Source of the DNA: Sedimentisphaerales bacterium
GTDB lineage: Bacteria; Planctomycetota; Phycisphaerae; Sedimentisphaerales; SM23-30
Direction: 5' to 3' (one strand)
Length of the DNA stretch: 64,000 bases
Assembly: GCA_963666285.1 (NCBI GenBank)
Contig: OY762711.1
Shown here: positions 9,788 through 20,079 of the stretch, piece by piece
Layout of the letters: each line of letters opens with the position of its first letter
How positions within the stretch are numbered: the stretch's first letter is position 1
The notes under the pieces: generated by a model
Seen by the model: the letters and a program-made list of their open reading frames with translations, nothing else
What the model was told of the DNA's origin: nothing
Databases searched by the model: none
Made by a program: the position numbers and the translations under genes

Positions 9788-10054
9788 TTATAATTTCATC
9801 TCATCAATAACCTTGTTATATCCCCTCTTCAAGAGCAGCTCGGTTATGTATGGATTGTCAGCATAATCCATAACACTCCAGGAGCGGGTATCGATATAAG
9901 TATCTTCAAAAGACAGATTCTGCTTTTTATAGAAGAACCAGTCATGTTCGGTAACAACAACTCCAAGAACAAGAATAGAAATAATAACAACCGAAATAAC
10001 AATGAAATCAGCCAGTAACAAATATCGAAAGATAGATTTTTTTTTCTTAGCCAT
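9788..10054 (-). CDS. Small membrane-anchored hypothetical protein
   Basis: Basic N-terminus then one hydrophobic helix; AAGGGA SD. Confidence 0.6.
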   Translation of the reverse strand: MAKKKKSIFRYLLLADFIVISVVIISILVLGVVVTEHDWFFYKKQNLSFEDTYIDTRSWSVMDYADNPYITELLLKRGYNKVIDEMKL

Positions 10055-10210
10055 TTAATATTCCCTTAATTTATAACTTTATAACCATTATCAGAGCAAA
10101 GAAAACAAAATTACCGAATAACAATTACATTCACTAGAGTTTATATATTAGTTGATATCCTAAGCAGCGTAGAAAGAAACTATACAACCTCACAAACTAT
10201 TCTATTCTAT

Positions 10211-10834
10211 TTAACGGGGTGTTAACCCATTAAAAACAAAATCAATCACAAAGCCGCTTTTATTTAATAAATCTTTATTATCTATATCTTCAAACCAGCT
10301 ATCCAGAAAAAAGTCAATGCAATAATCAATCTGTCCGGCAATAAATCCGGGTTCCAAATCATTTCGTATCACATTTGAATTAATCAATTTCTGGATAATA
10401 TCAATTAACTTAGTATTCATTTTTTCAATTAGCGGCCCTATAGCCTCAGTCCAAAGCTTGTTTTTCTTAAAACGATCACCCAAATGATCCCGCATGTAGA
10501 GCTGAAAGAATTTGCTATGCCTTTCAGTCAGGCCAAACCTTTCCTTAATGTATGCTTCAAGCTGCTGATATGGGTCATCATATGCCGAAATCTTGCCAAG
10601 CAGTTCCAGAACACATTTTTCGGCCCTGGAATAAAACATTGCCTGATATATCTCATCTTTACCGCCAAAGAAATTATATAATCCACCAACAGAAGACTCC
10701 GCCCGTGCGGCAATATCTTCCATTGTACATTCGTGAAAACCTTTTACGGCAAAGCAATGTTCGGCAGCCAGCAGTATCTCTTCGGCACGTCTCTGCTTTT
10801 CACGTTCTTTGCGATTTTTTCCATATGAAGCCAA
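10211..10834 (-). CDS. TetR/AcrR family transcriptional regulator
   Basis: ILLAAEHCFAVKGFHECTMEDIAARAESSVGGLYNFFGGKDEI HTH; GAGGTG SD. Confidence 0.92.
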   Translation of the reverse strand: MASYGKNRKEREKQRRAEEILLAAEHCFAVKGFHECTMEDIAARAESSVGGLYNFFGGKDEIYQAMFYSRAEKCVLELLGKISAYDDPYQQLEAYIKERFGLTERHSKFFQLYMRDHLGDRFKKNKLWTEAIGPLIEKMNTKLIDIIQKLINSNVIRNDLEPGFIAGQIDYCIDFFLDSWFEDIDNKDLLNKSGFVIDFVFNGLTPR

Positions 10835-11305
10835 GTTTCACCTCTTTGAAGAAATGAGCCAATTATTTGTCTGCCAGACAGTTACATTAAAACAAGACAA
10901 AGCGTCAGATGCCAGAGTAAGATTTGGCCCTATAATGCCATAAATATAATAGTTTACAGCGAGTTAAACAGAAACTCATAGAATGAACTCAGATTCACAT
11001 TATAAAGTGGAGTTCAAAAAACGCAAAGAGATTATTAAAATAATTTATAATACTTTAAGCTACAGAAAGTTACAAAAAACAAAATGCTTGCTAAAACAAG
11101 ACGAATATGCTAAAAAGAGTCTATATGCATTCATAAGATGTCCCGCAAATTGAAGAAAAGGCAATAATATGAAGAGCTAACTGGAGAAATATACAACTAA
11201 GAATAGACGAAGTTTATTCTTTATTAGTTCTGGAAAATCATACCCCAGAACAATAACCATAATCCACTACAGTTGTAATCGTTATAACACACCGGAGAAT
11301 AAGTA

Positions 11306-13672
11306 ATGACCATTATTAAACAGTTATTCGCTCTCTTACTGGTAATAACTATCCTGCCAACAGCATATTGTGCAGACCCCCAACCCGTCGAAGCTAAAAA
11401 AGAAGAAGCAATTAAAGCCAGCTGCTATTATCCAGACCTTGAACCTAAACAGCTATTCCAGATGCTATCAGAGACATATCATGTCCAATTTGACGGCATA
11501 GAGCTGGTTTCCGGCCAGGTTACCCTGATAAGCAGAGAAAAAGTAGATGTAAACGGGATGATCACCCTGCTGAATGAAGTTCTCATAAAACAGAACCGGA
11601 AGGCTAATTTAAACGGTCAGATAATCCAAATTACTCCGATCCAGGATATAGATAAAATCATAAAACTTAATAACCTGGAGCCGGCGCAAACAGTTGAAAT
11701 ACTAAAAAAACGATTTATGGGCGATACCAAGGACGGTGACAGCAAAAACAAGCAGCCCAGTATGATTGAGCCACATCCAAATGGTGACTCTATTATTGTT
11801 CGCGGACCGGAGAAAGTAATAGCAGAAATCGAAAAATATCTGACAGAAATTGACATACCTTCCAACCAGCCCAAAGATCCGCAGAAAGACCCTGTAATAA
11901 TAACACAAAAAACTGACAGTGACGGTAACACAGAAACAACTGTAAAAATGTCAGAAATCGTTATACGCAGTATTGATCTAAAAAACGCAGTCACTGATGA
12001 AATGATCAATTATTTGAAAGAAGTATACCTCGCAGCGGAAAATGCCAGTCTGGAAGAAAAAGCAAGAAAAGTATATAAGATACACAAGCATCCAACGCAG
12101 AGAAAAATCGTAATAGAAGGTCCATCGACAGTTATCGATGAAATTGAGCAGGTTGTAAAAAACGAGTTAGACATCGCACCGCCGGGACCGCCAATAATAC
12201 AGAAATATATTAATCTGGACTACATAAGCGTGGAATATTTTCAAAAGCTAATGGAGAATAATCCAAGTCTGAAAGATAAATATCAATACCGAGAAGAACA
12301 GAATAATGTTATAGTAGTTGAAACAGAAGATGAAAAGATCTTCCCAATAATAGAAGATTTGAAAAATAAATTTGATATTGATAAAAAAGAACTCAGATAT
12401 ATTCCGCTGGCATATGCGAAGGCTGACGATATAACAAATATGCTGAAACAGATCTACGAGCAGGCAAAGCAGGAAACACCAAAAGAACTACAGCAGGCAG
12501 AAGCGGAAGCCGGCAGCGAAGACGATATAACAGCCGAAAAGATTAAAGCATCATTAAGTAAATCAGGCATAGATGACGCATCCCTGGCAGACCGATTGAG
12601 CCAGTCATTGAGCCTGGTAAGCACTTCTGAATACACCATTGTATCAGATAAAACCAGAAACGGTTTGCTCATATATACATTTTCCAGAAATTTCCCTAAG
12701 ATCCTCCAGATGATCGGTAAACTTGATATACCGGAAAAAATGGTTTATATCGAAGTATTTATTACCCAGGTAAACAAGAGCAAAGGCCTGGAGCATGGCG
12801 TAAAGATAAACTATGCTGATGATTTTATCATGAGAGGAGATAATACGCCATTTACCCTGGGCCAGGATTTTACTAAATTCTCAGACATAAACGGCTTGAG
12901 CTATGAACTTCTGGACCAGGATTTCAAGTTATACCTGAGAGCAATGGAAACAGCCGGAAATGTTGATGTTATATCCAGACCTCACCTGGTAACAAAAAAC
13001 AATGTTGAAGGAAAAATCACCCTTGGCAACAAGGTTCCCCAACTGGAGAAAATAATAACAAACGCATACGGCGTAACACAGGGTACGGTATCCTATACAG
13101 ATATTTCTACCGAACTTAAGGTTACCCCGCAAATCCATCCGGATAATTTTATATCAATGAAAATCACCCAGACAGTTGATGATATCAGTACTGAAACATT
13201 CCAGATATCATCAGATTTTAACCCACAGATTTTTAATAAGCGAGAAGCAAACGTAGAGCTGAGAATAAAAGACGGCCAGACCGTCTGCCTGGCAGGATTC
13301 ACCGGCGACAAGCAAACAGAATCAGAAGAAAAGATTCCACTGCTTGGCAGCATTCCGCTACTAGGCAACCTATTCAAATACAGAGAATCAAAACGGGAAA
13401 AGGTAGAAATGATCATTTTCCTGACACCTCATATCCTGGAAACCCCGGAGCATTCGCTAAGAATGACAAATGAGCAAAGAGAAAGGTCAATTGCCGAACA
13501 CAGGGAAGATGACATGATGAAAACCCTGGAAGTGAAAGATTCGCTTGTTCTGCCAAAATATTCAGATGAAGCGGAAACTCTGAAAAAAGTTATGAAATCA
13601 GCTGAGCTTGAAGAGCAAAATCAGGCTACTGAACCAAAGAAAAAGAAACGCCCCATAATTAAAAGACGCTAA
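11306..13672 (+). CDS. Secretin (GspD/type II-III secretion system outer-membrane pore family)
   Basis: Signal peptide, repeated N domains, LDIPEKMVYIEV, LKVTPQI, DGQTVCLAG, KIPLLGSIPLLGNLF, IFLTPHI. Confidence 0.9.
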   Translation: MTIIKQLFALLLVITILPTAYCADPQPVEAKKEEAIKASCYYPDLEPKQLFQMLSETYHVQFDGIELVSGQVTLISREKVDVNGMITLLNEVLIKQNRKANLNGQIIQITPIQDIDKIIKLNNLEPAQTVEILKKRFMGDTKDGDSKNKQPSMIEPHPNGDSIIVRGPEKVIAEIEKYLTEIDIPSNQPKDPQKDPVIITQKTDSDGNTETTVKMSEIVIRSIDLKNAVTDEMINYLKEVYLAAENASLEEKARKVYKIHKHPTQRKIVIEGPSTVIDEIEQVVKNELDIAPPGPPIIQKYINLDYISVEYFQKLMENNPSLKDKYQYREEQNNVIVVETEDEKIFPIIEDLKNKFDIDKKELRYIPLAYAKADDITNMLKQIYEQAKQETPKELQQAEAEAGSEDDITAEKIKASLSKSGIDDASLADRLSQSLSLVSTSEYTIVSDKTRNGLLIYTFSRNFPKILQMIGKLDIPEKMVYIEVFITQVNKSKGLEHGVKINYADDFIMRGDNTPFTLGQDFTKFSDINGLSYELLDQDFKLYLRAMETAGNVDVISRPHLVTKNNVEGKITLGNKVPQLEKIITNAYGVTQGTVSYTDISTELKVTPQIHPDNFISMKITQTVDDISTETFQISSDFNPQIFNKREANVELRIKDGQTVCLAGFTGDKQTESEEKIPLLGSIPLLGNLFKYRESKREKVEMIIFLTPHILETPEHSLRMTNEQRERSIAEHREDDMMKTLEVKDSLVLPKYSDEAETLKKVMKSAELEEQNQATEPKKKKRPIIKRR

Positions 13673-13727
13673 CGCGTAACGCTTATGCGTTTTAATTGCG
13701 GCATGAAGTTGCCGGTAGAAATAGAAA

Positions 13728-14690
13728 ATGCTCCATCGAATGAATAAGAAAGCTAGTAAGAGCAAAGGACGCACAGCGAGCTGGCTGACATCTATAATAC
13801 TGCATATTCTTATTTTGGCCGTTTTGCTGATATCAACAAACCCTGAGATAAGAAATAAAATCAGTGATGCCCCGGTAAAAATAATTAATAACTATAATGC
13901 AAGTAACCTGCTTGAAGAAGTAAAAAGCGAAGAACTTACCGGAATACAAGTAAACCCGGTAAATATCAGCCAGCAGCCGATAGCCTTAGCAGCCAGCCCG
14001 GAAATATTTCTACCTGAAGCACTAACTGTAAAAAGCAAAAGCACTTCTTCAGACAAAATCGTCGTTAGAACATCCAAAGGATACCAAAGCTCATTTTTCG
14101 GCACTTCCGGCGAGGGTGAGCGAATATGCTACCTGGTAGATATATCCGGCAGTATGGTAATGGCAATAGAATATATAAAAAAAGAGCTGATAAATTCCAT
14201 CTCGCGATTAGAGCCAGACCAGTATTTTCAAATTGTCTTTTTTGCCGGAGAACAGCCAATAGTATTTTCGCGATCCAAACTTACAAGAGCTTCATATTTC
14301 GATCGGCAGGAAGCCATAGATTTTATCAAAAAGATTGATATCCAGTCAGTACCACCTGGAATAGAAAGCTGGCGTCCGGTAGCAGCGGCACTTCGATCCG
14401 GTTTTGAGTCACAAAGTAAGGATTTTCAGTACGCAAATCTATTTTACCTTTTTACCGATGGAGATTTTGATATCAATATAACAAAATCGATCCTTGATAA
14501 TCTGCAGCAAAGAAAAAGCACCCCTGCTGTAATCAATATCCTGCAATGCGGCAGTCATAAAAATGATTTATTCCTGAAGAACCTGTCAAACAAGTATAAA
14601 GGGCAATATAATTATCTTACAGACGAGGACCTTGTCAGGCTGCCGGCAGAAAGCAATTTGCCGGGATATTCCCGGAAATATCTCAACTGA
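13728..14690 (+). CDS. Membrane-anchored von Willebrand factor A domain protein
   Basis: N-terminal TM (SIILHILIL), MIDAS DISGSM, FTDG. Confidence 0.8.
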   Translation: MLHRMNKKASKSKGRTASWLTSIILHILILAVLLISTNPEIRNKISDAPVKIINNYNASNLLEEVKSEELTGIQVNPVNISQQPIALAASPEIFLPEALTVKSKSTSSDKIVVRTSKGYQSSFFGTSGEGERICYLVDISGSMVMAIEYIKKELINSISRLEPDQYFQIVFFAGEQPIVFSRSKLTRASYFDRQEAIDFIKKIDIQSVPPGIESWRPVAAALRSGFESQSKDFQYANLFYLFTDGDFDINITKSILDNLQQRKSTPAVINILQCGSHKNDLFLKNLSNKYKGQYNYLTDEDLVRLPAESNLPGYSRKYLN

Positions 14691-14781
14691 GCTTAATATT
14701 CCTAAACTAAACCAATAGCCAGTTAAAAGTATTATTAAACACGGATTGCCGCAAAGCGTGTACGATTTAACTTTGAGTCAT

Positions 14782-15901
14782 TTATTTATGTGCTCTGCTG
14801 ACCTTTTCCCTCAGATAAGCGGCTATAAATCCTTCCAAATCACCGTCGAGTACAGACTGCGGATTACCAACCTGAAAATCAGTACGATGATCTTTGACCA
14901 TTTGGTAAGGCTGCATTACATAACTTCTAATCTGGTTGCCCCATGCAATTTCACCCTTATCACCATACATCTTGGCCATTTCATCATCACGTTTCTGCTG
15001 TTCCAGACGTTCGAGCTTGGCTTTCAACAGCGCAAAGGCCAGCTGACGGTTCATATGCTGACTTCTTTCTGTAACACAATCTACCACAATACCGGTAGGT
15101 TTATGCAGCAGCCTGACGGCAGAAGCAACCTTGTTAACATTCTGACCACCGGCACCACTGGCTTTACAATAAAGTTTCATCTCAACTTCATTTTCATCAA
15201 TGTCAACATCTCCTTCACCTTCGAAGTCAGGAAGAACATCGACAGCAACAAAACTGGTATGCCGCCTTTTAGCTGAGTCGAACGGGCTGATTCGGACAAG
15301 ACGATGGACACCTGTTTCACAGGACAGATACCCAAATGCATAGCTGCCTTTGACCCTTAAGGTAACAGAGCGAATACCGGCCTCTTCGCCAGGAGTCATA
15401 TCAACTTCTTCATATGAATACCCAACACGCTCAAAATAACGGGTGTACATCCTTAGAAGCATACTGGCCCAGTCACAGGATTCCGTTCCACCGGCTCCGG
15501 CATGAATACTGAAAAAACAGTCTTTTTCATCGTTTTTACCAGTAAGTAAAGACGCCAGCTCCACCTTATCTACTTTATCAGAAATCCCAGATAATAGCTC
15601 GGCAACTTCGGTTTGAGTCTGCTGATCCTTTTCCTCTTCAGCCATTGACCAAAGCAACTGGGCTTCCGCAATTTCATCAGCACAGGAATTAACCGGGTCA
15701 ATGAGCGATTTCAGGCTTTTTAACTGAGCAACAGTCTTTTGGGCCGCTTCCTGATCATTCCAGAAGCCGGGAGCAGCCATTTTTTCTTCAAGTATTTGTT
15801 TTTGTTTTATTTTTTCGGGCAAGTCAAAGAGAGTCACGAATTTTTGTTATTCGTGCCTCCAGCTCGTTTAAAGTTGGAACTATATCTTCAAAGTTGATCA
15901 T
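14782..15901 (-). CDS. prfB: Peptide chain release factor 2, expressed via programmed +1 frameshift
   Basis: ATG at 15901 reads 25 codons to CTT TGA C (15829-15823); the downstream frame has SPF and GGQ motifs and GNQIRSY. Confidence 0.96.
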
Positions 15902-16225
15902 AAAAACCTCAATATATCCTGGTTATTTGAAATTATTACACTAAACATGTGTATTGTTTGTTCTAAAGAGATAAGTTATAAAAGAAAATAACACCTTTCA
16001 TATCTCAATTACATACGTATCGAATGCGGGGACAATTAAAATATAATTCACAATATATAAAAGTACTCGCAAAAAAAAATATTTCATGCTAAATTATACA
16101 AATTCAGTATCAGGTTGCAAATTACTTACAACTTGACATAAACAGAGTAATAAGTTAAGGTTATAATATTAAATAAAAATAGAAATATTGTAAAGAGAAA
16201 CAGTAATAAACATTTGGAGATCGTA

Positions 16226-17446
16226 ATGAAAATTTACTGCAGCAAAATATGTCATATTTTCTTAGTACTTGCTATTTCAGCACTTATAACAGGAACAGCC
16301 TTTTCCCAGAGCAGTACTGCCGTTAAATTATCTGAAATAGAACAAATCCGCAATCTTACACTTTTGCAGCAGGAAAATATGGACCGGCTGAAAAGCTATG
16401 TTGAAAACGAATTCCAGGAAATGTTTGAAGCCAGGGATCCATCAGATAAAGCCCAGGGTTTACTGAAAATAGCCAAAAGCAATTCCCGCCAGGAAGAAGT
16501 CAGGCAAACTTATTCTGACACTTACACTCTGGCAGTACTGGAAGCGGCAAAAAAAGTACAGGCCCAAAGTCTTAGCAATGGAGATAAAAACTTATTCCTG
16601 CAAACAGTAATAGTAATTGCAGGTGCTGATAATAAACTCTCAATACCAACTCTGTTAGAACTGATAAAGAGCGATATTCCTGAAGTAAAATACTGGGCAA
16701 TCTCTGGTTTCGGAACAAAAGATATATCGAAGTATTTTCTCTCAGACGAGGGTAAAAGTGATTTTAATAATGTTATTTCTGCATTGAACGGGTTGCTGGA
16801 AAATGAAGATTCTCCGAATGTAATAGGCAACATAGCAAATATTGCTGTTCTGACTACTGATGAAGGAATAGAGCTTCTTGACAGCTGCGTGAAAAAACGG
16901 GCAAAGCAATACCAGGCATGGAAAAATGTTGGTAATGAAATGATTGACTACCAGATGTTCCAGAAGGCAATATCTGTTGTAAGAAGCGGGGTTCATAGAG
17001 ACTTCAAACGCAGAGAAACAAAATTGATGCACATAGCAAGTGAAATATACTGGCTTGCGTGGCAAAGATACATGCTTGGCAATTCAGTTAAACAGGAAGG
17101 TTCAGACGCAGAAATATCAATCCTGGAAAACTCCAAGAGCCAGAACAATTTACTGACAATCCTTGTCGAAGGTGAAAAGCAGCTGCTTACTATCGCGGCA
17201 GATCCCGGCGATCAAACAGATTACAGGATGACAAGCAACTATTTAATGAACAATAGCTGGGCTGTGTTAAACAGAAGAGTGGAAAAGCTGGTAGGCAAAA
17301 CCGGAATGGTACAAAATAAATTCGATATATACGGATCAAAAACAGAAATAGACCTGGCAACCGTGGAAGCCCCTCCAGCCGAGCTTGTCGAGAATGCAAA
17401 GAATTATGCCAAGGTAAGAAACAGTCTTATCCAGGCAGAATACTAA
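16226..17446 (+). CDS. Secreted helical (HEAT-like) hypothetical protein
   Basis: Signal peptide; GGAG SD before ATG 16226; PTLLELIKSDIPEVKYWAISGF is HEAT-like. Confidence 0.65.
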   Translation: MKIYCSKICHIFLVLAISALITGTAFSQSSTAVKLSEIEQIRNLTLLQQENMDRLKSYVENEFQEMFEARDPSDKAQGLLKIAKSNSRQEEVRQTYSDTYTLAVLEAAKKVQAQSLSNGDKNLFLQTVIVIAGADNKLSIPTLLELIKSDIPEVKYWAISGFGTKDISKYFLSDEGKSDFNNVISALNGLLENEDSPNVIGNIANIAVLTTDEGIELLDSCVKKRAKQYQAWKNVGNEMIDYQMFQKAISVVRSGVHRDFKRRETKLMHIASEIYWLAWQRYMLGNSVKQEGSDAEISILENSKSQNNLLTILVEGEKQLLTIAADPGDQTDYRMTSNYLMNNSWAVLNRRVEKLVGKTGMVQNKFDIYGSKTEIDLATVEAPPAELVENAKNYAKVRNSLIQAEY

Positions 17447-17737
17447 TACCGATTTCAGAACTAAAATATTATGCCCTAGAAGCTTTCAATTAGAATGTAT
17501 TAAAGAAATACAATCTAATTTGATTATTAGACGCATTTCAAAGCCACCCGGCTAAACATTTTAGTAATATTTAAGTATATACTTAACCCTATAATTATAT
17601 TTGCCGATTGTAAGTATAATACTTGCAGAAAATTACAACTTGAAAACAGGAGTATATCCGGGTAACTGCCGTGTAATAATCTATACAAGGCACAAAAAAA
17701 ACACAAACATCTGTAAATTAAAGGGCTAGAGTTTAAG

Positions 17738-18706
17738 TTGCAAAAAAAAATTACAATATTATTTCCCTGTGTTGGCAGAAGAGTAAGTTTGCTGGAAAGT
17801 TTCAGAAGGTCAGCCGGCGAACTTGGCATAGAATGTGAAATAGTAGGAACCGACATCGACAACAATTCCCCAGCCCTCCAATTATGTGACAAAATGCACA
17901 TAGTAGGCCGTATTGACAGTAAGGACTATTTCGGGGACAGCCTAAAGATAATAAAAAAATATGATGTTGATCTGGTCGTACCAACTATTGACCCTGACCT
18001 AAACGTTTGGGCCAATCATGTCGAAAAACTCCAGGAATTTAACTGCAAAGTTTTAATATCATCTCCGGAAGTTATATCTGTTTGCCAGGATAAAAGGCTG
18101 ACAAATAAATTTCTGACCTCAAACGGATTTGACACTCCTGCAATATTTGATATCGAAGAATTGCTAAGCGGTAATGACTCTCAATATCCCTACTTCCTAA
18201 AACCTTGGAATGGTTCAGCTGCCCGTGGGAATCAAGTAGTAAAAAACCGTGAAGAGCTTGAATTCTTTTCTAAAAGAATACCTAATTGTATAGCCCAGGA
18301 ATACGTTAAAGGTGTAGAATACACAATTGACAGTTTCATCGACATAAAAGGGAAAATAAGATGTACCGTCCCCAGAAAACGAATAGAAGTTCGGGGAGGA
18401 GAAGTAGTAAAAGCAGTAACAGAAAAGAACCTTAACCTGATAGAACAAACAGATAATATGCTATCGCAACTAGGTGCAGGTTTTGGCGTAATAACAACTC
18501 AATGCTATCTAAACAAGGAAAACCAGGTCAAGTTTATAGAAATTAATCCAAGATTTGGCGGAGGTGTACCATTATCAATAAAAGCAGGTGCCGCCTTCCC
18601 AAAATGGATAATTGAGATGACTTTCGGGATGAAATCTTCAATAACAAATGAGATGTGGCGTGATAATCTATATATGTTAAGATATGATGCAGAAGTGTGG
18701 AAATAA
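17738..18706 (+). CDS. ATP-grasp protein (carbamoyl-phosphate synthase-like, polysaccharide-associated family)
   Basis: VGRRVSL, DKRLT, KPWNGSA, QEYVKGVEYT, FIEINPRFGGG. Confidence 0.85.
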   Translation: MQKKITILFPCVGRRVSLLESFRRSAGELGIECEIVGTDIDNNSPALQLCDKMHIVGRIDSKDYFGDSLKIIKKYDVDLVVPTIDPDLNVWANHVEKLQEFNCKVLISSPEVISVCQDKRLTNKFLTSNGFDTPAIFDIEELLSGNDSQYPYFLKPWNGSAARGNQVVKNREELEFFSKRIPNCIAQEYVKGVEYTIDSFIDIKGKIRCTVPRKRIEVRGGEVVKAVTEKNLNLIEQTDNMLSQLGAGFGVITTQCYLNKENQVKFIEINPRFGGGVPLSIKAGAAFPKWIIEMTFGMKSSITNEMWRDNLYMLRYDAEVWK

Positions 18707-18724
18707 CTCACTCAAGGATTTTAT

Positions 18725-19897
18725 ATGTTTGGAGACAAAATAGCCCCATTATCCATATTAAGCCATTACTGGATGATACTGCCATTATCATTCCTGGTAG
18801 CTTGTCTCATGACCCCAATATTCCGTATTATCGCTTTGAAAACTGGGATAATGGATATGCCGGACGAATCGGTAAAAACTCATAAAGAACCAACTGCCTA
18901 TCTGGGCGGTCTTGGTATTCTTTCTGGAACATTAGTTGGCATAGGAATAGGTGCCTGGGGCGTTCATACAGGAAATATCCATACAGCTATTCCTAAAGAA
19001 ACAGTTCAAACAATTTTACCGCACGAGCCTTGGGTTTTAATCCTCGCAATAGGAATTGGTGCCGTAATAGCATGTATTGTAGGCCTGCTCGACGACTTAT
19101 ATGACTTAAAACCCGGCAAAAAATTTGCCGGACAAGCAGTTTCTGCTATAGTGCTGATCGTAGTTGGAATCCGTCCGGATCTCCAGGAAATATGTAAAGC
19201 AGCAACTGGCTGGAATATGCCTGAATGGCTGGAAATAACCATCAGTGCCCCTATCGTTCTGTTTTTCATACTAGCAGCAACAAATAGTTTGAACCTGCTG
19301 GATGGCCTGGATGGTCTTTGCGGCGGTGTCACCGCTATTATTGTGCTGGCATACTTTCTGCTGGCCTGGTCTCTGGCCACCTGGAACCATAACCCAAGCG
19401 GCGATACTACACGAATGATTGTATCATTATCACTGGTGGGAGGCGTACTGGGCTTTCTACCATTCAACCGCCATCCCGCAAAAATATTTATGGGTGATGC
19501 CGGAAGCATGCTGCTGGGATACATAGCAGGCGCTTTAATGATACTCTTTGCCGCTAAGTCAGGAAGATGGACAGTCGGCTCTCTGATAATCTTTGGACTG
19601 CCGATACTTGATACCGCAACAGCATTGATAAGAAGATATATAAACAATAAACCATTGTTTCTATCAGACCGAGGTCACATATATGATCAGCTAGTTGATC
19701 GCGGAATTTCCAAGGTAAAAACCGTAAAAATATGCTACCTGCTAAGTATAGTATACGCTATTGCCGGCCTGGGTATGTCTCTGATCAGATTTCGATATAC
19801 AATAGTGGCATTTGTATTCATCTTTGCCGTATCATTTTATATAGTATGGCTAGGTGGTTTTTTGCAGATTCCTGACAAAAAAGAGAAAAAAGAGTGA
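18725..19897 (+). CDS. MraY/WecA-family undecaprenyl-phosphate GlcNAc-1-phosphate transferase
   Basis: Multi-TM; GLLDD, NLLDGLDGL, PAKIFMGDAGS, DRGHI. Confidence 0.9.
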   Translation: MFGDKIAPLSILSHYWMILPLSFLVACLMTPIFRIIALKTGIMDMPDESVKTHKEPTAYLGGLGILSGTLVGIGIGAWGVHTGNIHTAIPKETVQTILPHEPWVLILAIGIGAVIACIVGLLDDLYDLKPGKKFAGQAVSAIVLIVVGIRPDLQEICKAATGWNMPEWLEITISAPIVLFFILAATNSLNLLDGLDGLCGGVTAIIVLAYFLLAWSLATWNHNPSGDTTRMIVSLSLVGGVLGFLPFNRHPAKIFMGDAGSMLLGYIAGALMILFAAKSGRWTVGSLIIFGLPILDTATALIRRYINNKPLFLSDRGHIYDQLVDRGISKVKTVKICYLLSIVYAIAGLGMSLIRFRYTIVAFVFIFAVSFYIVWLGGFLQIPDKKEKKE

Positions 19898-20079
19898 TAA
19901 ACATAACTTTTTTTTAATAAAACCTTTACATCACCACTGTTTCTATACATCAGTATTTTTACTTGCTAAAATCCCCCTTTTTGCTTATACTGGAGTTCTA
20001 TATATTCTACCATATTTGACTTATAGACAGTCAAAGTTTATATTGACCCATAAAAACGACACCTGAAAGGAAAAGAACT

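Noticed and set aside
14746..15276. 176-aa plus-strand ORF, and similar antisense ORFs over hisD, the wecA-like gene and others
   Set aside because: Shadows of well-supported genes on the opposite strand, with no motifs of their own.
14782..15901. prfB as a pseudogene
   Set aside because: The break is the canonical CTT TGA C programmed frameshift.
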